The notes under the pieces were generated by a model. It did not search any database. It had not been told where the DNA came from and was given only the letters and a program-made list of their open reading frames with translations. A stretch of DNA of 63,784 nucleotides, counting the filler, from Salisapilia sapeloensis CBS 127946 (Eukaryota > Protista > Oomycota), in NCBI GenBank assembly GCA_023334545.1. It is 4 parts of 4 records of this genome, joined end to end, with 100 filler letters (N's around TTAATTAATTAA, not from the genome) between each part and the next. Parts side by side here need not be neighbours in the genome. Positions count along the whole stretch, not along the records: positions 1 to 31,465 come from JAADVB010000218.1; 3 more parts are not named here. One strand, written 5' to 3'. Position 1 is the stretch's first letter. The number at the start of each line of letters is the position of its first letter. Shown here one piece after another: positions 1 to 11,022 of this stretch. The translations under genes and the position numbers were made by a program.

Positions 1-250
1 AGTACGCACCGTTCTCAAGACCGTGGACGCTCGGGTCCGGTCCTGGGCAGACACCCCAGTCGTTACCGGTGCATCCAACCGGATCCCAGGCAACACAGTG
101 GATGCCCTCGACACCTTCAACAGAGACTTCCATTTCACCGTTCGGGCAGTTGGCGCCCTTGTTGTGTGCGCGGATGTGCAGGTGCGCTTGTCTGCTGGCG
201 GAAACCGCCGAAGCACACAAGGCAGCGGCCAAGAGTGTTTTCGCGTGCAT
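1..250 (-). CDS. Secreted Cys-rich protein, 5' part only (runs off the window start); paralogue of 4962-5567
   Basis: Not in the ORF track. Manual translation from ATG at 250 gives MHAKTLLAAALCASAVSASRQAHLHIRAHNKGANCPNGEMEVSVEGVEGIHCVAWDPVGCTGNDWGVCPGPDPSVHGLENGAY, i.e. a signal peptide plus a C-x-NG...VSVEGVEG-x2-CV...CPG module shared with 4962-5567. Confidence 0.85.
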   Translation of the reverse strand, partial: MHAKTLLAAALCASAVSASRQAHLHIRAHNKGANCPNGEMEVSVEGVEGIHCVAWDPVGCTGNDWGVCPGPDPSVHGLENGAY

Positions 251-300
251 TTCGTCCGAGTCGGTACTTCTTCCGAAAGGAAACTTGAGTGGAGCCGCGC

Positions 301-316
301 GAAATTGGAAATGAGT
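301..316 (-). promoter_or_regulatory. Oomycete Inr+FPR core promoter
   Basis: Minus strand reads ACTCATTTCCAATTTC, about 50 nt upstream of the ATG at 250. Resembles the oomycete consensus GCTCATTYYNCAWTTT. Confidence 0.7.
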
Positions 317-1103
317 CTCTTTGGCAGTGGATCTCACGAAAGTTAACCCACATCGGGGCGTAAAGGTACCGAATGACATGGTAGTCAGTTGAATCTTCTC
401 ACGCATATCTTTCCTGCGAACCAGTGGTTGGTAGTAAAGTCAAGGTACACTTTGATACATTTCGGATGCATATGTGGCGGGAGGACAATCTATGTACCCA
501 AGATCCATCCATTGGCACGCGAGCAGATCTAGCTTTTGTATGCCCGAATTTGTGCTGCGAAAATCTCCTAGAGCAACTCTTCCACGATCGTCTCTTCCAA
601 ATGCACCTGCTTGGGTTGTGAAGTGATTGATTTTGCATGTCAGCTTTGACAAGCATTTCCGTTTCTGTACTAAGAATAAGGCGCAAATCGGGAGATCAGA
701 TAGACAAGAGCGACTAGCACATTGCGAACACTAACGACGCTTTAAGACAGATTTTACTTGATACTACCCGGGCGTCGCGAAGAGAGGAGGTCCAATACAA
801 AATGTACCCAGAAGGAGATCTGATCCCCGTTTTTGTCATATAGTATCCAATAGTATCTCCCTACGCCAGATAAAATCCAGAAGGGTGTAAGTGCACTGGG
901 CTTTGACCGACCAGCTGCAATGTACCGTAAAGCATTCTAACTGCTACCATGAGCAAAAAGTCAGGTAGCGCACTGTAGGTTAAAGGTAGACATTTACTTA
1001 GCTTGGACTTCAAGGTATCTTTACTTTTGTCCAATCCCCGCCTGCTTCTCCATCTGTATTTTTATTTTCGTCCAATCACAACTACCTGCACCGCACAAAA
1101 CGA

Positions 1104-2666
1104 ATGAACGGAACGGTGCTCAGGCCTCGAGCAGGCCAGGACGTGCAGCCTTCAGCCGCAATGCCGTCCTCTCCACAAGTAGATAGTAAAATCGTGACCC
1201 ATCGGCGCTGGAAAGAGCTTCTGAAAGCTGCAAGGTCGTCCCGAGCGTCCTGGGTCGATGGAACGGGCCACTTTGTCAGCAATGACCTCAGTAACTCCCA
1301 TACATCTTTGTCTCTCTTGTCTGAAGCGAGCCAAGCAGCAATCGAAACAGCGAGTTCTCACCTCAATCAATTTCATCAATCATTGAAGGAGCTCCGTCGT
1401 AGAATAGACTTCTGTCGCGATTCTGAAATGGAGTCTTCGCCAGAGCATACTTTCGATCCATCTTTGTCATCGTCCAGCGACTTTCTCAATGACAATGTAG
1501 CATTAAATTCTATGCATTCGGTAACGAGCCGTACGGTTACACAAGAGATATGGAATCGCAAAGACGATCTCGACAGTCTGGAACGATCTCTTCCTGTGTC
1601 GGACACATCACTCCTTTTGCAGTCGTCTGCTGAATGGATGAACTCAAAGCCAGATCAAGCCGAACTCGTTTTTCTATTAGCTTTTAGGCAGCTCATTCAC
1701 ACCTTGAAGCAAGCTCCGTTGGCTGAGATTGTTCACCAAATCCAGTCTTTTGTTCACACCTTTCATCAGTGGAATCTATCCAGTATGCTGTCGAGCAGCG
1801 TAACAAAAGAGCTTCCAGGGAATCGCCTTCACGCATTCATACGTAGATTGTATCAGCAACTTGTGCCGTTCCTTTCGCATGCATCGTCAACTTCCAACCA
1901 AGATACCACAGATCGATTAGTCGATCAGCACGGCTCCTTCCATGAACGTAGACCTGACACTTCCTTACTCTACGACACGTTAGAGACATTCGTGCTTGAA
2001 AAAGTGTACGATAAGGCTCTCACACCTTCCAATCGTGCGCAGTGTCAAGACGAGCAGCTCCGCGAGCGTATCCAGTCCCTTTCTTTCGTCCAGTTCCGAC
2101 ACTTGGACCTGCCTGATCCAGAGTGGTCAGAAGCATGGGAAGAGCTAGCACTTGAACTGCGACAAATCTCTTCTCTTCCTTCTGCAAGACGCAAGTTGGA
2201 CTGCATACTAAACGTCTGCAGACGACTCACGCATCTATTGCACGAACAGAGTGAAGCTGGAGACCCGACGTCAGCAGACGATCTTCTCCCAGCTCTCATC
2301 TACGTCCTCTTGCGCTCCAACCCAGCTCACCTTCAACGCAACGTTGCGTTTATCCAAGAGTATCGCAGTCGGGGGCTACTCGTAGGTGAAAGTGGATACT
2401 TCTTTACACACTTCGCATCGAGTGTAGCGTTTCTGGAGCAAGTGGATGGAGAGCTCTTGACGATCACGCCACAAGAGTTCGAGGACGGACTCGAGAGGAG
2501 CAGAAAGAAGTTGATGGACGACATTGCGGATAATACACGAGACGGCCAGGCTGAGTCAGCGTCGAGTGGTCGTCAGGAAACTTATCGGAATGAAGGAAAA
2601 GAACCAGTACTTCCGGATGTCTTGGCTATTCGACAGAGACGAATAGAGGCAAGTAGAAGAAGATAG
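1104..2666 (+). CDS. VPS9-domain protein (Rab5-family GEF)
   Basis: 520 aa ORF with VPS9 signatures RKLDCILNVC and SADDLLPALIYVLLRSNP...FIQEYR...GESGYFFTHFASSVAFL. Confidence 0.9.
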   Translation: MNGTVLRPRAGQDVQPSAAMPSSPQVDSKIVTHRRWKELLKAARSSRASWVDGTGHFVSNDLSNSHTSLSLLSEASQAAIETASSHLNQFHQSLKELRRRIDFCRDSEMESSPEHTFDPSLSSSSDFLNDNVALNSMHSVTSRTVTQEIWNRKDDLDSLERSLPVSDTSLLLQSSAEWMNSKPDQAELVFLLAFRQLIHTLKQAPLAEIVHQIQSFVHTFHQWNLSSMLSSSVTKELPGNRLHAFIRRLYQQLVPFLSHASSTSNQDTTDRLVDQHGSFHERRPDTSLLYDTLETFVLEKVYDKALTPSNRAQCQDEQLRERIQSLSFVQFRHLDLPDPEWSEAWEELALELRQISSLPSARRKLDCILNVCRRLTHLLHEQSEAGDPTSADDLLPALIYVLLRSNPAHLQRNVAFIQEYRSRGLLVGESGYFFTHFASSVAFLEQVDGELLTITPQEFEDGLERSRKKLMDDIADNTRDGQAESASSGRQETYRNEGKEPVLPDVLAIRQRRIEASRRR

Positions 2667-2814
2667 ATGGAAGAGTCAAGTGGTTAAGACGATAAGAATG
2701 TGACTGTGGTTTCGGGGAGCAAGTGGTCGTTAACTTGTTCGAATTACAAAGGGTGCAAGCGCATTGGAAAGTAAAAAGGAAATGAAAGTTGGCACCGTCG
2801 GACGTCGTAAGCAT

Positions 2815-4638
2815 CTAGTGCTCGTGATGTTTCATATGATGGGACTTGCGGTGCTTGCGCTTGTCCGTGTCTTCTTTCGAGCCACTCAAATTGTCCTCTT
2901 CTTCAGACTCGTCTTCATCCGTAGTTTCGGAAGTCGGAGCGGGTGTCTCTTCGTCATCGCTGTAGACATCGCTCTCGCTCGTTGCAGACTCCGCTGCACT
3001 TGAAGATGCGGTCTCTTTCGTCGTTGCTGGTGTAGCATCGTCAGAGTAGTCGTCCGAGCTAGATTCTGCTTCCGTTGTAGCAGGTGTCTTGTCGTCGACT
3101 TCAGAGTCAGAAGACTCGTCCGTCGGTTCTGGAGTCGGAGCAGGCGTTGACTCGTCATCACTGTAGTCATCGCTGGAGTCGTCGTCTTCACCGACGCTAT
3201 AGTCATCGCCACCAGAGTACGACGCTGATCCTATCACTTCAGTCGCATCATCATCCGAGTAGTCACCCTCGGTCGTTGCAGGCGTTGTGTCTTCGGAGTA
3301 GTCATCTGAGTTGTCTTCTGTAGTGGTAGCAGGCGTAGCATCCTCGGAAGAGCCCTCAGAATAGTCATCTGTAGTGGTAGCAGGTGTATTGTCTTCCGAG
3401 TAGTCCTCGGAGTACTCCTCGCTGTAGTCATTTGAGTAGTCTTTCGAGTAATCCTCCTTGACTGGTGCTTGCGTGTGGTCATCGGAATAGTCATTGGAGC
3501 AGTCACACTCGACCTCTTTCGGTGTGTCATACGACTCGTGCATTTCTTCTTCCTTGTAATCCTCCTCGTATTGCATGTGATCTTGTTGCGTATCATCAGA
3601 ATAGTCACCACCCGTGGCAGGGGCAGATGTGTAGTCCTCCGAGTAGTCCACACTGTAGTCGTCCAAGTATGAAGAGTTTTCCGTTTGAGTAGAAGTGTTG
3701 TCCTCCGAGTACTCTTCACTGTCTTCATACCAGTAAGATCCTTGAGTGCTTGTAGCATACGCAACGTCTTCTGAGTAGTCATAAGTGTGCGAAGGTTTCT
3801 CTGTCTGAGTAGAAGTGTTGTCCTCTGAGTACTCGTCACTATCTTCGTACCAGTACGATCCGTGGGCGCTCTCAGCAGTCGTGTACTCCCCCGAGTAGTC
3901 AGCACTGTCTGAAGGTTTCTCTGTCTGAGCAGCAGTGTAGTCTTGCGAGTAATCATTACTGTAGGAATACGCAGCTTCCTCTTCTTCCGAGCATGACGAT
4001 TCATTTGTTACTTCCGGTGTAGTCGCGTCAGTCTCTGCGTAGGCATCCGAGTACTCTCCACTGGTTTCGTGCGCGTACGATCCTTGGGCACTCGAAACAG
4101 ACGCGTAATCTTCCGCATAGTCATCGCTGTACGCGTACACAGCGTCACCAATCACGCCTTCGTCGTAGCTGTCTGAGTACCCCTCCGTGTATTCATACGA
4201 GTATGAAGATTGCATCGACGTCACGTAGACATACTCCACACTATCTCCACTGACGCCATACACTTCACTATCGTCATCACTGTAGTCGTTGACATAGGTT
4301 TGGACTGGCGTATCCGCAGAATAATCGATAGCAGGAGTGTCCGCAGAGTAGTCATTCGTAGAAGTATCCTCAGAGTAGCCATAAGCAGTAGTATCCTCAG
4401 AGTAGTCATAAGCAGTAGTATCCTCAGAGTAGCCATAAGCAGTAGTATCCTCAGAGTAGCCATAAGACGTAGTATCTACACTGTAGTCATTTGCAGCAGT
4501 ATCTACAGAGTAGTCATCTGAGGCGGTGTCATAGTCGCCACGGGTCTGAACGCGTAGGTGACCATTGTCAGCGAGTGCAAGTGGTGCCATCGCCGTCGCG
4601 ACGAGAGCCGCAAACACACACAACTTCTTGGCAAGCAT
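2815..4638 (-). CDS. Secreted acidic Asp/Glu/Ser/Tyr/Thr-rich repeat protein (mucin or wall-like)
   Basis: Likely start at MLAKKLCVFAALVATAMAPLALA (ATG 4638, signal peptide). Many DYS/YSED repeats and a basic His-rich C-terminus KRKHRKSHHMKHHEH. Confidence 0.85.
   Translation of the reverse strand: MLAKKLCVFAALVATAMAPLALADNGHLRVQTRGDYDTASDDYSVDTAANDYSVDTTSYGYSEDTTAYGYSEDTTAYDYSEDTTAYGYSEDTSTNDYSADTPAIDYSADTPVQTYVNDYSDDDSEVYGVSGDSVEYVYVTSMQSSYSYEYTEGYSDSYDEGVIGDAVYAYSDDYAEDYASVSSAQGSYAHETSGEYSDAYAETDATTPEVTNESSCSEEEEAAYSYSNDYSQDYTAAQTEKPSDSADYSGEYTTAESAHGSYWYEDSDEYSEDNTSTQTEKPSHTYDYSEDVAYATSTQGSYWYEDSEEYSEDNTSTQTENSSYLDDYSVDYSEDYTSAPATGGDYSDDTQQDHMQYEEDYKEEEMHESYDTPKEVECDCSNDYSDDHTQAPVKEDYSKDYSNDYSEEYSEDYSEDNTPATTTDDYSEGSSEDATPATTTEDNSDDYSEDTTPATTEGDYSDDDATEVIGSASYSGGDDYSVGEDDDSSDDYSDDESTPAPTPEPTDESSDSEVDDKTPATTEAESSSDDYSDDATPATTKETASSSAAESATSESDVYSDDEETPAPTSETTDEDESEEEDNLSGSKEDTDKRKHRKSHHMKHHEH
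4363..4520. repeat. 27-bp coding tandem repeat (TTAYGYSED unit)
   Basis: AGTATCCTCAGAGTAGCCATAAGCAGT in about 4 near-perfect copies plus 2 degenerate copies. Confidence 0.9.
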
Positions 4639-4961
4639 CCTTTCGACTGGCAAGAAGGTTGCGTTGGATGGTGGAGATTTAGGAATGAATAGCACGCAAG
4701 AGGATCCCTCTGCCCATTTGTGCACGGAAAATCCAAATCGAGATCAACCCGTCTCGTTTCATAGTTACATTTCACCTGGGTTCTGTATACAATTTAAATT
4801 AGCGACATCAAAAGTGAACCCATGAGCACCTGAAAGTATCTCGGTTTCTATTTGACTTGCATCAGAATGGCCGGACAGCAGCTATCTTGACGATTTGAAA
4901 CATGTCCCAACAAGAAAAGATACCCAAGATCGCAATGGAAATGTACTCATGTTGAAGCTCT

Positions 4962-5567
4962 TTAGTTCTTCACTTTGCCTACGACATCTTCCTCCTCCGT
5001 CTTGTCTTCTTCCGTCTTATCATCCTCCGTTTTGTCTTTCTCCGCTTTATTATCCCCTTTCTTGTCTTCTTCGACTTTGTCTTCTCCTTCCTTGTCTTCC
5101 TCCTTTGCTCCACCGGAAGCAACGCAGCCATACACACCAGAAGACACCTTCTTACATTCGGATCCTTCCGGAAGTCCGTCCTGTTTGCCTGGGCAATTGC
5201 CATCCTGGATATCGGCAGCACATGCAGTCTCCTCAACGCAGAAGGATCCTTCTACGCCTTCTACGCTCACAGGCTGCATGCCATTGTCGCACTCTGGAGT
5301 TTCATCTCCAACATCCTCTGTTGCAGCGGCACTCTTGTTCGTATCGATGCGAGTACTACTGGCCATACTGCCCTCCGCATTAGTAACCGCATTAGCAGCC
5401 GTGTCGTTGTCCCCACTAGCAACCGGGCCGCTTGATGCACTAGTAGAATGAGCATCCATCGCAGTTGCTTCCTCCCCACCACCAATACGCAGGTGGATAC
5501 TAGCTTGCTCTTCTGCCATCACGGCAGTAGCGAACAGCGCCAATGAGATGAGAAGGTTCTTGAGCAT
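4962..5567 (-). CDS. Secreted Cys-rich protein with a charged Glu/Asp/Lys tail
   Basis: Signal peptide MLKNLLISLALFATAVMA; six-Cys module ECDNGMQPVSVEGVEGSFCV...C...CPGKQDGLPEGSEC...GVYGCV; EEDK-rich tail. Confidence 0.9.
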   Translation of the reverse strand: MLKNLLISLALFATAVMAEEQASIHLRIGGGEEATAMDAHSTSASSGPVASGDNDTAANAVTNAEGSMASSTRIDTNKSAAATEDVGDETPECDNGMQPVSVEGVEGSFCVEETACAADIQDGNCPGKQDGLPEGSECKKVSSGVYGCVASGGAKEEDKEGEDKVEEDKKGDNKAEKDKTEDDKTEEDKTEEEDVVGKVKN

Positions 5568-6084
5568 CTTCCCTCCTGTTCTTGTCGATGGAAATTCGTA
5601 AATGGCGTGCTCAAAAGATCCAGGCTTTCCGGAGTTGAAGGGGGCTTCCCGCTGAACCCATCCATTAGAACTCTAATGCGTACCATTTGATCAACTTTTA
5701 ACCAGATCTTCCCGATCGATCATGAATTTCGGATTGGATGGTAACTCGGATAGAACGCTACAAACTACAAATCCTTGTTAGTGATGGTGCGTCTGGAAAC
5801 GATCCCGATGCAAATTGCCTATGGTTTCTATCTAGACATTTGTTGGGTTCGATGGCTATCAGCATGTAAAAGCACGAGCGAGCCAGATACGACAAAATCC
5901 TTTTCACTCGCATTTCTCATCTTTTCACACCTGATTTATCCATGCCGAGTTCCAATCCTCCAAGTTTCTATATGGTATCCTCCTACCTATCCAAAGCACA
6001 TCGACTTCAATTTAAAACTGTATTCCCATTGTCCTATTGATGGTAGTTAATCGGCCCCATTCATATCCTCTGCTATCATAAATT

Positions 6085-7674
6085 CTACGCTGCTTTCGTA
6101 TGCTTCTGATCCCTCGTATCGACCGCATCCCAGTCTGCATACTCTCCGTCCGCTTCACTATCGAGCAGACAGATCGAATCTCGCTGCGTACTCTTCTCTT
6201 CGTTGTCATGTAAAATTGGCACTTCCGTCGCCTCCGCCTCCTCCTGACTCTCCTCCGTCTTCATTTCCAACGGCACGCCTCGCACCCGCTTCACGCACTC
6301 CTTGCACACCCGGCGTTTATCCACGCTACCCACTCGCTGCTCCACTTCCACCTTCTTCGAGCACTTGCCACACACGTCACAGTGACACAAGTAGCACACG
6401 TACGCCTTCTTCAGAATGCCAAAGCCACCTCCGCACAAGACACATTCGCTCCCAACGACGGTGCTTGGACTCCTCCGGTCTTTTCCTTCTTCCCCATTCG
6501 GATCCCACACTTCGACCTCGCCCAAGCCTTTGTAGGAAGGAGATAGGCCGAGACGACGACGGAAGACGATGGCTTCCAGGTTACACGCCAGAGCTGCCAT
6601 GTCTCGCAGGAGGTGCATGGCAGCCTTGTCCACCTTGCGTCCATTCGAGCCACTCGCCTGAGTACCGTAGAAGAAGAGTCGCGTGAACTGCCCTTGCTGG
6701 TCTTCCTGCAGGACGTAGCCAGAGAAGAAACCTCCGAGCTCTGCAGCCGACGACGACGCGGATGCAGAAGATGCCCACGTGTACTCTGATGTTTCATCCG
6801 ACGGAACGCTCTGAACGACTCTCGTGACGCACTTTGCCTTCACGTCTTCTTCTAAATAATCTAAGAACGACAACGTATGCTGTCTCCACATCAAGAGTGG
6901 ACGCAAGAGGAGCAGGACCGAGTTGACTGCCAGACGCGCACTGCTCTCCTTTTCATCTTCCGACGCGATAGAGCTGCAGTCGATTAGACGCTGGTTCACA
7001 CCATAGGCGTAGTGGTCTCCGAAAAGAGCGATCATGCTCCGATGGAACTTTGATACGTTGTCCGTGGATAAGACGTTCATGACTTCCCTTAAAGAGCACT
7101 GGAGGTTGGCTCGAGCGACTACGCGGTACTCCTGTCCGGTGTCTCCTTGCGTGATGCAGTCAAAGAGCTGGCACGTCGGCCCGACGATGCCACTTCGACG
7201 ACGCTTCCACTTGCCTACGAAGGCTTTTTGCCTAGCTAGGTGACGCAAATACTGACGACTAGAACGAGCTTTCTTTACTAAATTAACGTCGCTGTCCGTC
7301 ATCTCTGAGATGGCTGCATCAACCACACGTACAGATGGCTCCTCGTCCTGGAACGACGGCCTCGGCGTCCGAGTCGACTCGGGATGTAAAAGGGACGAGG
7401 ATGAGTAGGACGAGTGATAGCGAGAGGATCGAGGCGACCAGGACTGAGCCGACTGATCGCCCGACCCGGTCGTGCTCCGAGAGGCAATATACGCGTCCTC
7501 GCGGTGGTAATTCCGCTGTGGCACGAGCAAGTCGGGCGTCGACGCGTTCGATGCGAGCATGGCCGACCGTAGGTGGCGATGGCGATGCTGATAGCTGTCC
7601 GGCGTGGATGCCGTGGGCTGCCCGGATATCCGGCTATAGCTCCGACCGGTCGCCGAGGTCTGCCGAGCGTCCAT
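6085..7674 (-). CDS. Oomycete START-like + FYVE-like zinc finger protein
   Basis: 529 aa; central START-like region; C-terminal CVLC...CYLCHCDVCGKC...VCKEC with 8 Cys ligands. Confidence 0.75.
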   Translation of the reverse strand: MDARQTSATGRSYSRISGQPTASTPDSYQHRHRHLRSAMLASNASTPDLLVPQRNYHREDAYIASRSTTGSGDQSAQSWSPRSSRYHSSYSSSSLLHPESTRTPRPSFQDEEPSVRVVDAAISEMTDSDVNLVKKARSSRQYLRHLARQKAFVGKWKRRRSGIVGPTCQLFDCITQGDTGQEYRVVARANLQCSLREVMNVLSTDNVSKFHRSMIALFGDHYAYGVNQRLIDCSSIASEDEKESSARLAVNSVLLLLRPLLMWRQHTLSFLDYLEEDVKAKCVTRVVQSVPSDETSEYTWASSASASSSAAELGGFFSGYVLQEDQQGQFTRLFFYGTQASGSNGRKVDKAAMHLLRDMAALACNLEAIVFRRRLGLSPSYKGLGEVEVWDPNGEEGKDRRSPSTVVGSECVLCGGGFGILKKAYVCYLCHCDVCGKCSKKVEVEQRVGSVDKRRVCKECVKRVRGVPLEMKTEESQEEAEATEVPILHDNEEKSTQRDSICLLDSEADGEYADWDAVDTRDQKHTKAA

Positions 7675-8179
7675 CTAAGACTAGTACCTTTTCGCTTGTG
7701 AGGATGGGCCCGAGAATCGAATGAACCCTTTCGCTGTACATACAACGGGCGAGTGATTCAAGCAAGAGCAGTACGAAGGGTACTCGGAAGGTACAGCTAG
7801 TCAAGCTGTTCAAGCGGAAGTGACTCGGCAAGAGGAGCGACCCATCTGCCAAGCACACATGCATACTCGAACTTGCCTTGTTGTCTTTTGCGAGAACCAG
7901 ATTGGTGCTGCGAGCAGATGAGGATATGGAGGGCACCACGTTGACGGAAGTCATCGTTCTGCTCGTTGTTTATCGACGAAAGTAGCAACGTATAGCGTGC
8001 TCTTGTGCAAAAGGATGCGATGGAAAAGACATAAAAGTTATATTTTTGAAATAAAAGAGACGTGATGTCCTACCTTGACAAATAAATTGGTAAACATGTC
8101 CCAATCGACCATCCATGTTAAATGACTGACGCTTTTCGCTATACGAGATCAGATCTTCATGGGTAGACAAGCATTCAGG

Positions 8180-8772
8180 CACGTGAATATGATCGGCAGG
8201 ATGCTCTATTTGACGAAACCCAGCAAAAGTCCTGTTCGTGTAATAGAGCAATCGGCGTGAATGTTCCTTTGTAATTTGTCGAAGTCTTCATGTCGGAAAA
8301 AGTTCTTGACTTATCGCGTGAGTCAGTGGAAAAACACGAATATATCATGGAGATGATGCGCTTATTCGATAAGCTTACTATACATGAAACACCTTTGCTC
8401 GTTTGGCAACTTAGCAAGTCTAGACGTGGTCTTCGTCAACCTGCGCTAAACGAGGGAAGAGAACGGACACTCAAGGTGAACGCGTCAGCCGTCTTCGTGA
8501 AAACTTGTACGAAAATTTGTTGGCTTATAAACAAGCGCATTCCTACCAGAGACTGTGCACTGGTAGAAACATGAGCTACTTTACACAAGGAACGTGCAGC
8601 TTTGGACATCCGACGCATTTCCAACGAATACCAATGTAGGACACGTGAAATCAAAGTATAAATAGCAGCGAACGACAAATTCCATATGCAGGCGTATCAA
8701 ACCATCCGCGAACTGCGATATATCTACCTGGTCCAGCTTGTGAACACAGAAAGTATCCAGAATCTGCTATAG
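8180..8772 (+). pseudogene. Possible decayed or unresolved multi-exon coding region
   Basis: One frame reads about 195 codons (IQAREYDRQ...MSEKVLDLSR...HKERAALDIRR...QNLL) with only three internal stops. No family recognised. Confidence 0.25.
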
Positions 8773-9486
8773 CACGGTCATAATTGTAAATAAGCAAAAT
8801 AGACGCTTACTTAGACCTGTTGTATGGAATGACCAATTATTTTTGATTTTGAAAGAACTTTTTCTGTATTATTTTCAAAGTATCCGAATGCTACATCTGG
8901 TTATCTTGAAGCGATACCCCTTCACGCTCTTTAATGGATAGCTACATCAATTCAAGCCCGAGGACTATCTTAAAGCTTCTAGTCTCGCTTAGATGAAAAT
9001 ATAGCTTATACACGTACCAACGGTCTGGTAGTGGGTTTATGAAAAGACACTACGCTTGTGATAACGCCAACCAAGAATCATTACGTCTACATGGACTTCG
9101 AGCAGCTACCAAGCAAGGAATGGTGCCAGAACGACTCAGATGACGAAGATAGCGTAGCTAGAGCAGAAGGCGGTATCGACAATACAGTTTTGTAAGCTAA
9201 GGTTTGCTAGTCATTCTTTTATATGCGCCAGATCTTCCGTATCTCAATATGCCTCATCTGTTAAAATTTATGCAAGTCTGATGAGCGTATGATGTCGTGT
9301 ACTACGCCTGAAAAGTCTATGGCCAGCTCAACTCCTTCAATACAGCAGTTGGCATAAATACGCGTTGATACCGCGCCTCGTACGATTGTAGTTGGCGGTG
9401 AAGGATCGTCGAACAGGAGGTATTCAAGGTACCATTGTAATCCAGCTTCATTTCGTTACTTTCACGCGAGGATGACGGACGCGGGA

Positions 9487-10966
9487 ATGGATGAAGTCGC
9501 AATCGCTTCGTTTACACTTGACCGCCGGCAGGAGTTTGAAAGCGATGCGGATGAACGCGTCCAGCATGCCATTGCTGAACACAAATGCTTCCATGCTTCT
9601 CCCGCTGGCAAGCGCTGGAAACTGATACGGTAGGTGGGATACTGAATCTACGCCAAGTGCTACGTGGACTTACTGTGTGCATCCGTAGTAAATACAAGTG
9701 GCTCAGAGTGTACTCGGACAAGAATTTCAATAAGACTTCTACGGTTCTGTCCGACCGTCCCCCATCCGAAGTGACACGCTCTAGGTTGCAAGACAAGAGA
9801 AATTTTGTCTGTCACGGCACCAAACGTGGTTCCCTCGACCAATTTATAAGTGGGAACTATGCTGACACCACCGAAAACTTAAAGCTTTCAAAAGGTACAT
9901 AATCTATTTTCCAACATCTTGGTCATCTATCGCTCATTTTTCTGGAGTAGGGATCTTATCAAACAACTTGATGGACGGCTCCATCGTCCACGTCTTCAAT
10001 ACCGACGACGATCCCGACGTGATCCTGTCTAGCGTCAAATGGCTCACATACAAGTCACCTGGCGGAGGGCTCATTCCAGACTACGATCTTCTCATATACG
10101 AAAAGATGGGACAGTTCAAAGGAGACGATGGCCGCCAGTACGCATACAACAGAGTGAAATCAATTGATCTCCCGAATGTACCGAGCACCCAAACGAGACG
10201 AATGTTTCGAATTTCTCTCAATGTCATCTACCTCTATCGACAAATGGATCTCGAGCATGTTGAAGTGTTCGCCTTATCGGAGACGTGTGCCGTCAATCGG
10301 CACTTAATTGGCATCACCGAGTACGTTGGTTCCTCTTGTATTATCGAGCAATGCCATGGTTTCCTCGTCGCCAATGCAAAACAGTATGCCGCTCTAATGG
10401 ATTCGGTCTCAGATCACCTTCCATCTTCATCCACAAGCTGCGACTTGTGCTTCAGCCACCCAAAGCTGACCAAGCTCAAGGCATGCCGTGGATGCTTAAT
10501 GCAAGTATGCCGCAAATGCCGTCGCTCACGAATGATCTTCCGGTCTGTCGAGGGAACGACTAAACCTTCTACCGCCGTCTTCTGCCGTCGATGCATCGAA
10601 TGTGTTGAAGTGGTCAATGCCATGACAGACACCTTGCAGTCGAAAGCGATTCAAGCAGACTACGAAAGCACAGTAACTTGGCAATCCTCCAGCGGTGGCG
10701 TAGGTCTAAACTGTAGTCGCCAGTCTACTGGCTACTCCTATCGTTCCTCTCTATCCATGGGTTCATCCGTGTCTCCAGGACATAAGAGAGAGAAAGCAAC
10801 GCGAGAGAAATGGTGGGGATACAGTGAGTCGACCTTTGACGACGTCATGCGTCAGCGGCATGGCAGGTCAGAAAACAGTGGAAGTGTCCACGACGCATCC
10901 GAGGATGGAGGGAGCTGCGTATCAGAAGGAGAGTACGGGACGATCAACATCGCTTCTCTCGATTAA
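9487..10966 (+). CDS. Oomycete START-like + FYVE-like protein, 3 exons (9487-9629, 9689-9894, 9951-10966)
   Basis: GT-AG introns 9630-9688 and 9895-9950 join MDEVAIAS...KRWKLIR/KYKWLRVY...LSK/GILSNNLMDG in frame. C-terminal CDLC...CRGC...VCRKC...FCRRC finger. Confidence 0.85.
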
Positions 10967-11022
10967 AGGTACGTAGCAAAAGACGAGACAAAAGTAACTG
11001 TATATGTAATCAACTAGCGACC

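Noticed and set aside
4363-4520. CRISPR-like array
   Set aside because: The repeats are contiguous in-frame coding units with no unique spacers, in a eukaryotic gene.
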